DNA of 64,000 nt from an uncultured Muribaculaceae bacterium (GTDB lineage: Bacteria; Bacteroidota; Bacteroidia; Bacteroidales; Muribaculaceae): contig CAJTMM010000003.1 of NCBI GenBank assembly GCA_910577465.1, positions 7,450 through 71,449 of the forward strand, in the 5' to 3' direction. The position numbers and the translations under genes were made by a program. Within the stretch, counting starts at the first letter, position 1. The number at the start of each line of letters is the position of its first letter. The notes below the pieces were generated by a model. The model saw only the letters and a program-made list of their open reading frames with translations, searched no databases and was not told where the DNA came from. Positions 45,020-53,548 of the stretch are shown one piece after another.

Positions 45020-45214
45020 ATGAAAAAGTTAGTTTTATTACTTGCTGTTGTATTCGGCGCATCACTCTTCTCTTGCAACAATGCTGCTAAGACTGAAGCT
45101 ACTGAAGTTGATTCTGCTGCCGTTGTAGAAGAAGTTGTTGAAGTTGTTACTGATTCAGTTGTTGCTGACACTGTAGCTGCTGACACTACCGCTACTGACT
45201 CTGTAAAGGCATAA
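45020..45214 (+). CDS. small acidic lipoprotein (64 aa)
   Basis: It has a signal peptide and lipobox (MKKLVLLLAVVFGASLFSC), then a low-complexity V/T/D/E-rich tail. Its own promoter box and a downstream terminator are present. The antisense frame is also open because of the low complexity. Confidence 0.55.
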   Translation: MKKLVLLLAVVFGASLFSCNNAAKTEATEVDSAAVVEEVVEVVTDSVVADTVAADTTATDSVKA

Positions 45215-45249
45215 GTAGTTAGCGTCACAACCGCTAAAAGAAATTGATG

Positions 45250-45280
45250 GAGCCGATTCTCAGAATCGACTCTTTTCTTT
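45250..45280 (+). terminator. rho-independent terminator after the small lipoprotein gene
   Basis: A 9-bp stem with one mismatch (GAGCCGATTC / GAATCGACTC), followed by TTTTCTTTT. Confidence 0.6.
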
Positions 45281-45353
45281 TATATACCTACCCCACCATT
45301 CACATTGCCCGTGGACAGAACTAATTACAAATCCACACTACAAATACAGCATT

Positions 45354-45388
45354 AAAAAAACATCGCCCGGAAATCTTCCCGGGCGATG
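45354..45388 (-). terminator. rho-independent terminator of alaS
   Basis: A 10-bp stem (CATCGCCCGG / CCGGGCGATG). On the minus strand it is followed by TTTTTTTAAT. Confidence 0.8.
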
Positions 45389-45419
45389 CGTGTATATATA
45401 GGATATGTATCCTTGTCTA

Positions 45420-48047
45420 TCAGTGACCCTTCACCATAGTTACCAATGCCTCGAACGCTTCGGATATGCCATCCTTATTCTTACCACCGGCTTGGGCAAA
45501 TCCCGGCTGGCCGCCGCCGCCACCTTGAATCTTCTTGGCAGCTTCGCGAACCATCTGTGAAGCATTGAATCCGGCTTTTACCAAATCATCGGTCACCATC
45601 ACGGTAAGCAACGGTTTGCCCGACATATCCACCGTAGCGGCAACGAAAGCTGTTGCTTCAGGCGACGCGGCACGCACGCCAAAAGCCACGTTCTTCACCA
45701 CATCCGGCATACGCACGCCGCCTAATGTAACCAACTTCACACCGGCAGTCTGAGTAGCCTTTTCAAGCAACTGCTGTGTGAGGTTGTTCACACGCTCCTT
45801 GAAGTACTCCTCCACCTCTTTGTGCAAATCGGCATTTTCAGCTATCGAGCGGCGCAATGCAGCCACCACATCCGGGGCATTGTTGAGCATTCCCGCCATT
45901 TCACGCATGGTCCGTGCCAACTCATCCATGGCATTCTCCACGGCCTCACCCGTTATAGCCTCTATACGGCGTATGCCGGCAGCAATACTGCTTTCCGAGA
46001 CTATGCGTATCATACCTATGTTACCGGTATTGTCTACGTGTGTGCCACCGCACAGCTCCACAGAGTCACCATACTTGATCACACGCACCTCTTCACCATA
46101 TTTCTCGCCAAACAGCGCCATGGCACCCATCGCCTGAGCTTCGGCTATAGGCACATTCCTGCGTTCGTCGCGGGATATGGCATCGCGCACCTTGGCATTG
46201 GCTTTATGTTCCACCAGGCGTATCTCCTCCGGAGTGAGTTTCTGGAAATGGGAGAAATCGAAGCGGAGCAATTCAGGCGATACATACGAGCCTTTCTGCT
46301 CCACATGTGTGCCCAGCACCTCACGCAGAGCTTCATGCAGCAAGTGAGTGGCGGTATGGTTGCAAGAAGTAGCGCGACGTGCCTTTTCATCAATCTTGGC
46401 AACAAAGCATCCCGACGGATTCGAAGGCATCTTCTTTACAAGATGCACAGCCATACCGTTCTCACGCTTTGTATCGTACACCTCCACCTCTTCACCATCG
46501 ACTGAAGTAAGGGTACCACGGTCACCGACCTGTCCACCCATCTCGGCATAGAACGGAGATTGAGCCAACACTATCTGATAATACTCACCCTTCTTCTGCT
46601 TAACCTTTCGGTAACGCAATATTTCGGTATTGGCTTCAGTACAGTCATAGCCCACAAACTCAGGCTCGCCTTCATTCACCACAGTCCAGTCATCGGTCTC
46701 CACAGCGGCGGCATTGCGGGCACGTGTCTTCTGCGCCTGCATCTCCACATCGAATCCGGCTTGGTCGAGCGTCATGCCGTTTTCTTTCAGTATCAGCTCC
46801 GTCAGATCGAGCGGGAAACCGTAAGTATCGTAAAGCACAAAGGCCTCTTTTCCGGAAATCTCCGACTTACCGGCTGCCTTGGCAGCAGCTATCGCGCCAT
46901 CGAGCATCTTTATACCATTCTCAAGAGTACGCAGGAACGAATCCTCCTCCTCTTTGATAACCTTCATGATAAGCTCACGCTGGGCAGGCAATTCGGGATA
47001 AGCCTCGCCCATACTCTCTATCAGGGTATCTATGAGCTTGTACATAAACGCCTGCTTCTGTTCCAGGAACGTATAGGCATAGCGCACCGCACGGCGAAGT
47101 ATACGGCGTATCACATAACCTGCCTTGGCATTGCTCGGGAGCTGCGAATCGGCTATCGAGAAAGCTATGGTACGCACATGGTCGGCAATCACGCGCATGG
47201 CTATATCCACCTTGGCGTCATCTCCATACTTCTTGCCGGAGAGCGATGCTATCTTACCGATGAGCGGAGTGAACACGTCGGTATCATAGTTGGAGGTTTT
47301 GCCCTGCAGAGCCATGCACAGACGCTCGAATCCCATACCGGTATCTATAACCTTTGCAGGCAGCGGTTCGAGTGAGCCGTCGGCTTTACGGTTATACTGC
47401 ATGAACACCAGGTTCCATATCTCTATCACCTGCGGATGGTCATGGTTCACTAGTTCGCGACCGGGCTTGGCGGCACGTTCAGCGTCGCTACGCAGGTCTA
47501 TATGTATCTCCGAGCAGGGACCGCAGGGACCTGTATCGCCCATCTCCCAGAAATTGTCATGCTTGTTACCATTGATTATATGGTCGGCAGGGAGATGGCG
47601 TTCCCAGTATCCGGCTGCTTCGTCATCGCGGGTCAATCCCTCTTCGGGCGATCCCTCGAATACGGTAGCATACAACCGTTTCGGGTCGAGTTTCAGTACA
47701 TCCACCAGATATTCCCACGCCCAGTCTATGGCTTCCTTCTTGAAATAGTCACCGAAGCTCCAGTTACCGAGCATCTCAAACATCGTATGGTGGTAAGTAT
47801 CCATGCCCACCTCTTCGAGGTCATTGTGCTTACCGCTCACGCGCAGACACTTCTGCGAATCGGCAACGCGCGTATACTTCGCGGCGGCGTTACCTAATAT
47901 TATATCCTTAAACTGATTCATTCCCGCATTGGTAAACATCAATGTGGGGTCATCCTTGATCACCATCGGTGCCGAAGGCACTATACGGTGGCCTTTGTCG
48001 CGGAAAAAATCCTTGAACGACTCACGTATTTCCCTAGCTGTAAGCAT
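45420..48047 (-). CDS. alaS: alanine--tRNA ligase
   Basis: 875 aa with a class II core ([21 protein letters not shown]), an editing domain (HxxxH...CGGTH) and a C-terminal DHHA1 domain ([14 protein letters not shown]). Confidence 0.97.
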   Translation of the reverse strand: MLTAREIRESFKDFFRDKGHRIVPSAPMVIKDDPTLMFTNAGMNQFKDIILGNAAAKYTRVADSQKCLRVSGKHNDLEEVGMDTYHHTMFEMLGNWSFGDYFKKEAIDWAWEYLVDVLKLDPKRLYATVFEGSPEEGLTRDDEAAGYWERHLPADHIINGNKHDNFWEMGDTGPCGPCSEIHIDLRSDAERAAKPGRELVNHDHPQVIEIWNLVFMQYNRKADGSLEPLPAKVIDTGMGFERLCMALQGKTSNYDTDVFTPLIGKIASLSGKKYGDDAKVDIAMRVIADHVRTIAFSIADSQLPSNAKAGYVIRRILRRAVRYAYTFLEQKQAFMYKLIDTLIESMGEAYPELPAQRELIMKVIKEEEDSFLRTLENGIKMLDGAIAAAKAAGKSEISGKEAFVLYDTYGFPLDLTELILKENGMTLDQAGFDVEMQAQKTRARNAAAVETDDWTVVNEGEPEFVGYDCTEANTEILRYRKVKQKKGEYYQIVLAQSPFYAEMGGQVGDRGTLTSVDGEEVEVYDTKRENGMAVHLVKKMPSNPSGCFVAKIDEKARRATSCNHTATHLLHEALREVLGTHVEQKGSYVSPELLRFDFSHFQKLTPEEIRLVEHKANAKVRDAISRDERRNVPIAEAQAMGAMALFGEKYGEEVRVIKYGDSVELCGGTHVDNTGNIGMIRIVSESSIAAGIRRIEAITGEAVENAMDELARTMREMAGMLNNAPDVVAALRRSIAENADLHKEVEEYFKERVNNLTQQLLEKATQTAGVKLVTLGGVRMPDVVKNVAFGVRAASPEATAFVAATVDMSGKPLLTVMVTDDLVKAGFNASQMVREAAKKIQGGGGGQPGFAQAGGKNKDGISEAFEALVTMVKGH

Positions 48048-48110
48048 TGTACTATTATTGTTCTTTAATGATTTATTATCGTGATAAACTTATCTTTCTA
48101 TTTTAATGTG

Positions 48111-48118
48111 CAAAATTA
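48111..48118 (-). promoter_or_regulatory. -7 box TAATTTTG for alaS
   Basis: The reverse complement of 48111-48118 is TAATTTTG, 63 nt upstream of the alaS ATG. Confidence 0.5.
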
Positions 48119-48122
48119 CCGC

Positions 48123-48130
48123 TAATTTTG
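48123..48130 (+). promoter_or_regulatory. -7 box TAATTTTG for the MerR-family gene
   Basis: Matches TAnnTTTG, 58 nt upstream of the ATG at 48189. Confidence 0.5.
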
Positions 48131-48188
48131 TATTTTTGCAACTCCACACATTAATTATATAGAATAACCACAGGCACCCTACCTCGAC

Positions 48189-48527
48189 ATGGACTCGCTG
48201 GACAAAAAATACTACAAGATATCGGAAGTGGCAACACTGCTCAATATACCCGCATCCACACTCCGATTCTGGGAAAAAAGCTTCACGGTAATCAAGCCCA
48301 AGCGCAACAACCATGGCACACGGTTCTACACCCCTGCCGACATCGACAAGATAGCCATGATACACTACCTTGTCAAGGAGCGCGGCTTGAAACTCGATGC
48401 CGCGCAGGAGCAGATACGTGCCAACCCCCAAGGCATTGAGCTACGCCACCGCACGGTGGCACGCCTGAAGCAGATGCGCGCCACCCTCCAAGGTCTTCTC
48501 GACGCGCTCCACTCACTCCGCCGCTGA
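48189..48527 (+). CDS. MerR family transcriptional regulator
   Basis: 112 aa with an N-terminal MerR HTH (YYKISEVATLLNIPASTLRFWEK...RFYTPADI) followed by a coiled-coil. Confidence 0.85.
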   Translation: MDSLDKKYYKISEVATLLNIPASTLRFWEKSFTVIKPKRNNHGTRFYTPADIDKIAMIHYLVKERGLKLDAAQEQIRANPQGIELRHRTVARLKQMRATLQGLLDALHSLRR

Positions 48528-48714
48528 CCGCGCACTCAGCCCAACAGCCCCTACCTCGGCTTCACAAAACGTCCCCCGACAACGCAACACCCGACAAGCC
48601 AAATTCGGCAAATTAGACCTATTCTTTAATGCACGGCAATCGCCGTTCTGTTAATTTTTCATTACACAATTATTAAAATAATAACCAAATAGTGGTTTTG
48701 GACAAAAAAGTCCG

Positions 48715-48722
48715 TACCTTTG
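48715..48722 (+). promoter_or_regulatory. -7 box TACCTTTG (a second box, TAATTTTG, at 48728-48735)
   Basis: Matches TAnnTTTG, 61 nt upstream of the ATG at 48784. Confidence 0.45.
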
Positions 48723-48783
48723 CGCGGTAATTTTGCTTAAATGCAGTAGTATTGTCTAATTGCAATAAAAAATACATTTTGTT

Positions 48784-50424
48784 ATGAAAAAAATCTACAC
48801 CACATTATTAACTCTCGCTGCGGCAACCTCCCTAACCCTCTCCGCCCAGCAACTCCCCAACGCCGACTTTTCCCAATGGGAAAGTTCCTGTGGCTCTTCC
48901 GATGCCATGGGCACAATGATGCAACGTCCCGGCAATGAACCATCTGATTGGTTTGGATCAAGCGTCAACCAAACCGTTATGGGTATCAACAAACAAGAAA
49001 CTTTAATCACAAACGATAATGGCGTTCGCCTTGAAAATAAGTTTGTTGGCATCACATTTCTCGGAAAACAAATTGGTTCAACTGCGCCCGCATACATATC
49101 ACTCGGCACTCCTTGGGTATATGCCGAATCAAACGTAAATAATTGTGACGGCGGGACATACGGAGGTATGGATTTCAAATATCGCCCGGATGCTATTAAA
49201 GCAGAAGTAAAACGTACTGATAGCAATGATGAAGCATCACATATTATAGTGTACAGCTGGAAAGGCACTTTTAAATCAAAAATTGGCAAAAAAGGAAGCC
49301 CCACATCTGAAAGAGATGACGTTGACCGCGCCATCATGGGTACCACATCTACAGAAAGTGGCTCCACAGGTTCATTGATTGCCAGTGCTGATTACTCTTT
49401 CACCACCACCGGAAGCAACAACCAAACTGTTGTAGTACCTTTGGAATACAAAAGCACGGACACTCCGGAGAAAATCAACGTTATAATAAGCGCCGGCGAT
49501 TATTGGACTCGTGGCAACATGAAAGAAAACACCACCCTGTATGCCTACAACGTTTCACTACTATATTATTCGCGATTGGAAAGCGTATCCATAAACGGCA
49601 CACCCATTGACAATTTCGCATCCGACAAATACGATTATAGCGTTGAATCGACAATGCCAGCCGAAAGCGCATTCTCATTCGCCACATTAGGCAACAGCAA
49701 GTCATCAACAGCAAAGCTCGAACTTGACCAAGATAATGCCATAGCAAAAATAACTGTTACCAACTCTAATGCAGGTGGCAATGACATAGACGGAGAGTCG
49801 CAACATATCTACACCATACAGTTCAAGGAAAACACTACCGGAGACGACTCACCCGTTTATGGCGGTAACGTTTACGGCGGTTCTCTTTCAATAGCGATGA
49901 ACAACTCCACTGTCGCCGAATCAATTGAAAGCAATATCCACATCATACCTACCGGAGCTGAATCATGTACATTCGTTTTGCCTAATTTCACTTTACCTGA
50001 GGATGTATTAGGATGGGAAGTACCACTTGGCGACATTGTTGTTGAAAACGTTTCTGCAACACTCAATGGCACCTCTACCGAATACACAGGAACCGTTAAG
50101 AATTTCATGCTTGCCGATGACTCAATTGACGCAGACATCAACCTAACCGGAACCGTTGATGCCGAAGGAAAAGCCATAATGCACATCGATGTTATTTGGC
50201 ACATGCCCCTTGATGAAGGCGGTTATCAGGACGTGCCTATCGGTGTGGATTTCAACGGCAACTTCTCATACGCAGGTATCGGCGGCATTGAAGCCGACAA
50301 CACCGACGCTCCCGTTGAATACTACAACCTGCAAGGCGTGCGCATAGCTGCCGACAATCTCACTCCCGGCATCTACATCCGCCGCCAAGGCACCGAGGTA
50401 ACAAAAATCCTCATCCGCAAATAA
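48784..50424 (+). CDS. PCMD-domain-like secreted protein with T9SS C-terminal sorting domain
   Basis: 546 aa with a signal peptide and an N-terminal region resembling the putative carbohydrate metabolism domain (LPNADFSQWE...). The last ~40 aa (VEYYNLQGVRIAADNLTPGIYIRRQGTEVTKILIRK) match the type-A Por/T9SS CTD pattern. Confidence 0.78.
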   Translation: MKKIYTTLLTLAAATSLTLSAQQLPNADFSQWESSCGSSDAMGTMMQRPGNEPSDWFGSSVNQTVMGINKQETLITNDNGVRLENKFVGITFLGKQIGSTAPAYISLGTPWVYAESNVNNCDGGTYGGMDFKYRPDAIKAEVKRTDSNDEASHIIVYSWKGTFKSKIGKKGSPTSERDDVDRAIMGTTSTESGSTGSLIASADYSFTTTGSNNQTVVVPLEYKSTDTPEKINVIISAGDYWTRGNMKENTTLYAYNVSLLYYSRLESVSINGTPIDNFASDKYDYSVESTMPAESAFSFATLGNSKSSTAKLELDQDNAIAKITVTNSNAGGNDIDGESQHIYTIQFKENTTGDDSPVYGGNVYGGSLSIAMNNSTVAESIESNIHIIPTGAESCTFVLPNFTLPEDVLGWEVPLGDIVVENVSATLNGTSTEYTGTVKNFMLADDSIDADINLTGTVDAEGKAIMHIDVIWHMPLDEGGYQDVPIGVDFNGNFSYAGIGGIEADNTDAPVEYYNLQGVRIAADNLTPGIYIRRQGTEVTKILIRK

Positions 50425-50453
50425 CCCCCGCACCACACATCCATCCCCATACC

Positions 50454-50493
50454 AAGGTCATTAAGGCACCCCCTTAATGACCTTCTTCTTTTA
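50454..50493 (+). terminator. rho-independent terminator after the T9SS cargo gene
   Basis: A 13-bp perfect stem (AAGGTCATTAAGG / CCTTAATGACCTT) with a 5-nt loop, followed by CTTCTTTT. Confidence 0.75.
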
Positions 50494-50563
50494 CAAGACA
50501 TCAACAATACCCCTCCCTCATATTTTTTTCAACCAAAACCCACCCATACTTACCAATTATCCG

Positions 50564-50571
50564 TATCTTTG
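50564..50571 (+). promoter_or_regulatory. -7 box TATCTTTG
   Basis: Matches TAnnTTTG, 94 nt upstream of the ATG at 50666. Confidence 0.45.
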
Positions 50572-50620
50572 TATCAAACATCAGCCCCGGCAAAATACTC
50601 ATTATCAGAATCCGCCAAGA

Positions 50621-50656
50621 CCTTAACGTCCTTAACGTCTTTAAAGTCCTTAATCT
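50621..50656 (+). repeat. four tandem 9-nt repeats (CCTTAACGT CCTTAACGT CTTTAAAGT CCTTAATCT)
   Basis: Read directly from the sequence. The repeats lie in the 5' leader, 10 nt upstream of the four-helix-bundle ATG. Confidence 0.9.
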
Positions 50657-50665
50657 CCCACGACC

Positions 50666-51223
50666 ATGTCTGAATTAATACCACGCGTAGGCAACTACAA
50701 AAAACTAATCAGTTACCAAAAAGCTGACACAATCTACCAACTTACGTATTATTTCTGCCATAGATTCCTGGACAAGCGCGACCGTACTGTAGACCAAATG
50801 ATTCAAGCTGCACGTTCCGGAAAACAAAACATAATCGAAGGCAGTGCAGCATCATCCACTTCTGCAAAAACGGAAATAAAACTCATAAACGTGGCAAAAG
50901 CAAGCCTAAGAGAACTCGTTGAAGACTACGAAGATTTCCTTAAAGTAAGGAATGCCAGATTATGGGAAAACGACAGTATTGAACATAATACAATGAGACG
51001 TTTAGGACGCGAACATAACGACGCTGGGTTCTTCATGAAATTAGCAAGTACCCGTAGTGCCGAAACAATCGCCAATATGACTATTATATTAATCAACCAA
51101 GCTGATTACTTATTGTATAAACAACTAAAAACCTTAGAAACAAAATTCACATCAGAAGGTGGTTTTTCCGAACGTATGACAACGTTACGTCTGGAAGCAC
51201 GAAAAAAACATCCCGACAAATAA
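50666..51223 (+). CDS. four-helix-bundle protein (23S rRNA intervening-sequence protein family) with suffix domain
   Basis: 185 aa. YQKADTIYQLTYYF...QMIQAARSGKQNIIEGS...SLRELVEDYEDFL matches the family pattern. Confidence 0.8.
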   Translation: MSELIPRVGNYKKLISYQKADTIYQLTYYFCHRFLDKRDRTVDQMIQAARSGKQNIIEGSAASSTSAKTEIKLINVAKASLRELVEDYEDFLKVRNARLWENDSIEHNTMRRLGREHNDAGFFMKLASTRSAETIANMTIILINQADYLLYKQLKTLETKFTSEGGFSERMTTLRLEARKKHPDK

Positions 51224-51275
51224 CTGACAACCGCAAAGACTTTTTCTCGATTACGAAACTTCGGCGGATTTTCGC

Positions 51276-51283
51276 TAATTTTG
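51276..51283 (+). promoter_or_regulatory. -7 box TAATTTTG
   Basis: Matches TAnnTTTG, only 4 nt upstream of the ATG at 51288. Confidence 0.4.
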
Positions 51284-51287
51284 CAGC

Positions 51288-51980
51288 ATGGACGTAATCT
51301 ACGAGGACAATCATATTATTATTGTCAACAAGCAACCTGGAGAGATAGTACAGGGCGACAAGACCGGCGATGAACCGCTGGTAGAGACCGTACGCCGATA
51401 CATCAAGGAAAAATACGCCAAACCCGGCAACGTATTCTGCGGCGTGGTACACCGTCTTGACCGCCCGGTGTGGGGGCTGGTCATCTTTGCCAAGACATCC
51501 AAAGCACTGACCCGGCTCAATGAGATGTTCCGCAACGGCAACATCCGCAAAACCTATTGGGCAATAACACGCAATGCTCCGGCAAAGCCTGCCGACCGAC
51601 TCGTTCACTATATCTCCACAGTCGAACGAAACAACAAATCCTACGCTTCCACCACACCGAAAACAGGTGCCAAAGAAGCCGCACTGAGCTATCGTGTCAT
51701 AGGACACTCCGACCGTTACCATCTGCTTGAGGTCAATCTTGAGACAGGACGCAAACATCAGATTCGCGTACAATTATCATCCATCGGATGCCCCATACGC
51801 GGTGACCTGAAATACGGCGACCGCCGCTCCAACCCCGACGGCAGCATATCGCTCCAGGCACACAGTATAGAATTCGAGCACCCGGTAAGCCACCAACCCA
51901 TACACATCACCGCCCCCCTCCCCTCCGACCCCCTCTGGCAAGCCTTCAACCAATCTCCCACCGATGCCACTGATAATTGA
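51288..51980 (+). CDS. RluA family pseudouridine synthase
   Basis: 230 aa with the catalytic HRLDRP motif and a KTYWAI core. There is no S4 domain. Confidence 0.88.
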   Translation: MDVIYEDNHIIIVNKQPGEIVQGDKTGDEPLVETVRRYIKEKYAKPGNVFCGVVHRLDRPVWGLVIFAKTSKALTRLNEMFRNGNIRKTYWAITRNAPAKPADRLVHYISTVERNNKSYASTTPKTGAKEAALSYRVIGHSDRYHLLEVNLETGRKHQIRVQLSSIGCPIRGDLKYGDRRSNPDGSISLQAHSIEFEHPVSHQPIHITAPLPSDPLWQAFNQSPTDATDN

Positions 51981-52851
51981 CACGCAACTGCCCGCCGCCC
52001 GGACGCTCATGGAGGAAGGTCTTGTCATCAAACCGCACGGACACCATTCCGACCGGTGCCTGCGCATAGCCCTCGTCAATTTAATGCCGGTAAAACCCGA
52101 CACTGAACTGGACTTCATGCGGTTGATGGCTCAATCAGCATACCCGATAGAACTGCTGCTCGTCAACACCGCATCACACTCCTGCCGCCACACTCCTGCC
52201 GAACACATGGCACGGTTCTACCGCACATTCCACGAAACTATTCAGTCAGGTCCCATACACGGCGTAATCATAACCGGTGCCCCGCTCGAATTTGTCAAAT
52301 TCGAGAATGTGGATTATTGGCATGAAATAACCGGCATATTCAGCTATCTGCGTCAACACCGCACACCCACGCTCTATATCTGTTGGGCAGCATTCGCCGG
52401 GCTGTATTTCCATCACGGAATACCCATGGAAATACTACCCACCAAAATATCGGGTGTATATCACCACCGCATCCTTTCTGCCACCGACCCTCTGATGCAT
52501 GGCATTGACGATGGATTCACCATACCACACAGCCGATTTGCATCATGGAACCGCCGGCATCTCACAGCCGACCCGCAGCTCCGCATCATCGCCGAAAGCA
52601 CCGATGCAGGAATCTACATGGCAGCCCACGAAACATATCCGGAATACTACATCACAGGGCACGGTGAATACGCCCCCCTGACCCTCGACAGTGAGTACCG
52701 CCGCGACCTCTTTAAAGGGATGCAACCATCCATACCCCGCAACTACTACCCCGACGACAACCCCGGTAATCCGCCTGTCGACACATGGCACCTCACAGCC
52801 ACACGCATAATGCATAACTGGATTGATACCCTTGCCGTGAACAAGCATTGA
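51964..52851 (+). CDS. metA: homoserine O-acyltransferase (MetA family)
   Basis: 295 aa. LRIALVNLMP, GVIITGAP, LYICWAAFAGLY (active-site Cys region) and IPHSRF are typical of MetA. It overlaps the rluA-family gene by 17 nt. Confidence 0.88.
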   Translation: MPLIIDTQLPAARTLMEEGLVIKPHGHHSDRCLRIALVNLMPVKPDTELDFMRLMAQSAYPIELLLVNTASHSCRHTPAEHMARFYRTFHETIQSGPIHGVIITGAPLEFVKFENVDYWHEITGIFSYLRQHRTPTLYICWAAFAGLYFHHGIPMEILPTKISGVYHHRILSATDPLMHGIDDGFTIPHSRFASWNRRHLTADPQLRIIAESTDAGIYMAAHETYPEYYITGHGEYAPLTLDSEYRRDLFKGMQPSIPRNYYPDDNPGNPPVDTWHLTATRIMHNWIDTLAVNKH

Positions 52852-52870
52852 CACACTACACAAAATATCG

Positions 52871-52878
52871 TATCTTTG
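52871..52878 (+). promoter_or_regulatory. -7 box TATCTTTG
   Basis: Matches TAnnTTTG, 27 nt upstream of the ruvA ATG at 52906. Confidence 0.5.
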
Positions 52879-52905
52879 TGTTACGAACACATAAAAATAT
52901 ACTCC

Positions 52906-53487
52906 ATGATTGAATACATACGCGGTACCGTAACTGAACTCACACCCACATACGCCGTAATCGAATGCGGCGGAATAGGCTATATGCTCTGCATCACACT
53001 CCCGGCATACACAGCCTTGGAGGGAACCAAAGAAGCCAAGCTGCTGGTCCATGAAGCCATCCGCGAAGACGCACACCTGCTTTTCGGATTTATCAACGAG
53101 CAAGAACGCTCGCTATTTCGCTCTTTGATAGGAGTTTCAGGTGTAGGAGCCAACACGGCTCGCATGATCCTCTCATCCATTCCCGCACCCGAGCTGGAGA
53201 TGGTGATTATCAGTGGCGACCACACGAAACTGAAAAATGTAAAAGGAATAGGAACAAAAACAGCCCAACGCATCATTGTTGACCTTCGTGATAAAATAAA
53301 ACCTACCGGCGATTCGTTAATAAATCAGCCTGTTGTAACATCGGAAGTTTACGACGAAGCGCTTGCCGCACTGCTCATGCTCGGATTTGCACGACCTCAG
53401 TCGCAGAAAGCGTTGAAAAAGATATTCGACACCGACCCCACGGTAAAAGTGGAAGTCGCCATCAAGAAAGCTTTGGCTATGATGTAA
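52906..53487 (+). CDS. ruvA: Holliday junction branch migration protein RuvA
   Basis: MIEYIRGTV...VIECGGIGY, plus two HhH motifs (IGVSGVGANTA, VKGIGTKTAQRII). Confidence 0.95.
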   Translation: MIEYIRGTVTELTPTYAVIECGGIGYMLCITLPAYTALEGTKEAKLLVHEAIREDAHLLFGFINEQERSLFRSLIGVSGVGANTARMILSSIPAPELEMVIISGDHTKLKNVKGIGTKTAQRIIVDLRDKIKPTGDSLINQPVVTSEVYDEALAALLMLGFARPQSQKALKKIFDTDPTVKVEVAIKKALAMM

Positions 53488-53500
53488 CCAACGCCGAATG

Positions 53501-53545
53501 TCGCGCCGATTCCCCGATGGATGGTGATAGGCGCGATTATTTTTT
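53501..53545 (+). terminator. possible weak terminator after ruvA
   Basis: A 7-bp GC stem (TCGCGCC / GGCGCGA) with a large 22-nt loop, followed by TTATTTTTT. Confidence 0.4.
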
Positions 53546-53548
53546 GCA

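Noticed and set aside
45535-47897. Several long plus-strand ORFs (72-271 aa; for example 45822-46505 and 46560-47375) that tile the region opposite alaS.
   Set aside because: They lie entirely antisense to a confidently identified 875-aa alaS gene. Their products are low-complexity and Ser/Arg/His-rich with no recognisable motifs. Open antisense frames like these are expected from the codon bias of the real gene.
48528-48600. A C-rich, non-AT-rich non-coding tract immediately after the MerR-family stop codon. This is atypical for intergenic DNA in this window.
   Set aside because: No ORF, repeat or convincing secondary structure was found. It may be a decayed gene remnant, but I cannot support any call.
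50666-51223. The four-helix-bundle protein as a possible Avd of a diversity-generating retroelement.
   Set aside because: The window contains no reverse transcriptase and no template/variable repeat pair, and the flanking genes are housekeeping (a T9SS cargo gene and a pseudouridine synthase).
51147-53103. Minus-strand ORFs of 208 aa (51147-51773), 113 aa (51777-52118) and 186 aa (52543-53103). Similar ones occur inside sprA (for example 59747-60310).
   Set aside because: All are antisense to well-supported genes (four-helix-bundle, rluA-family, metA, ruvA, sprA) and have no recognisable motifs or expression signals.
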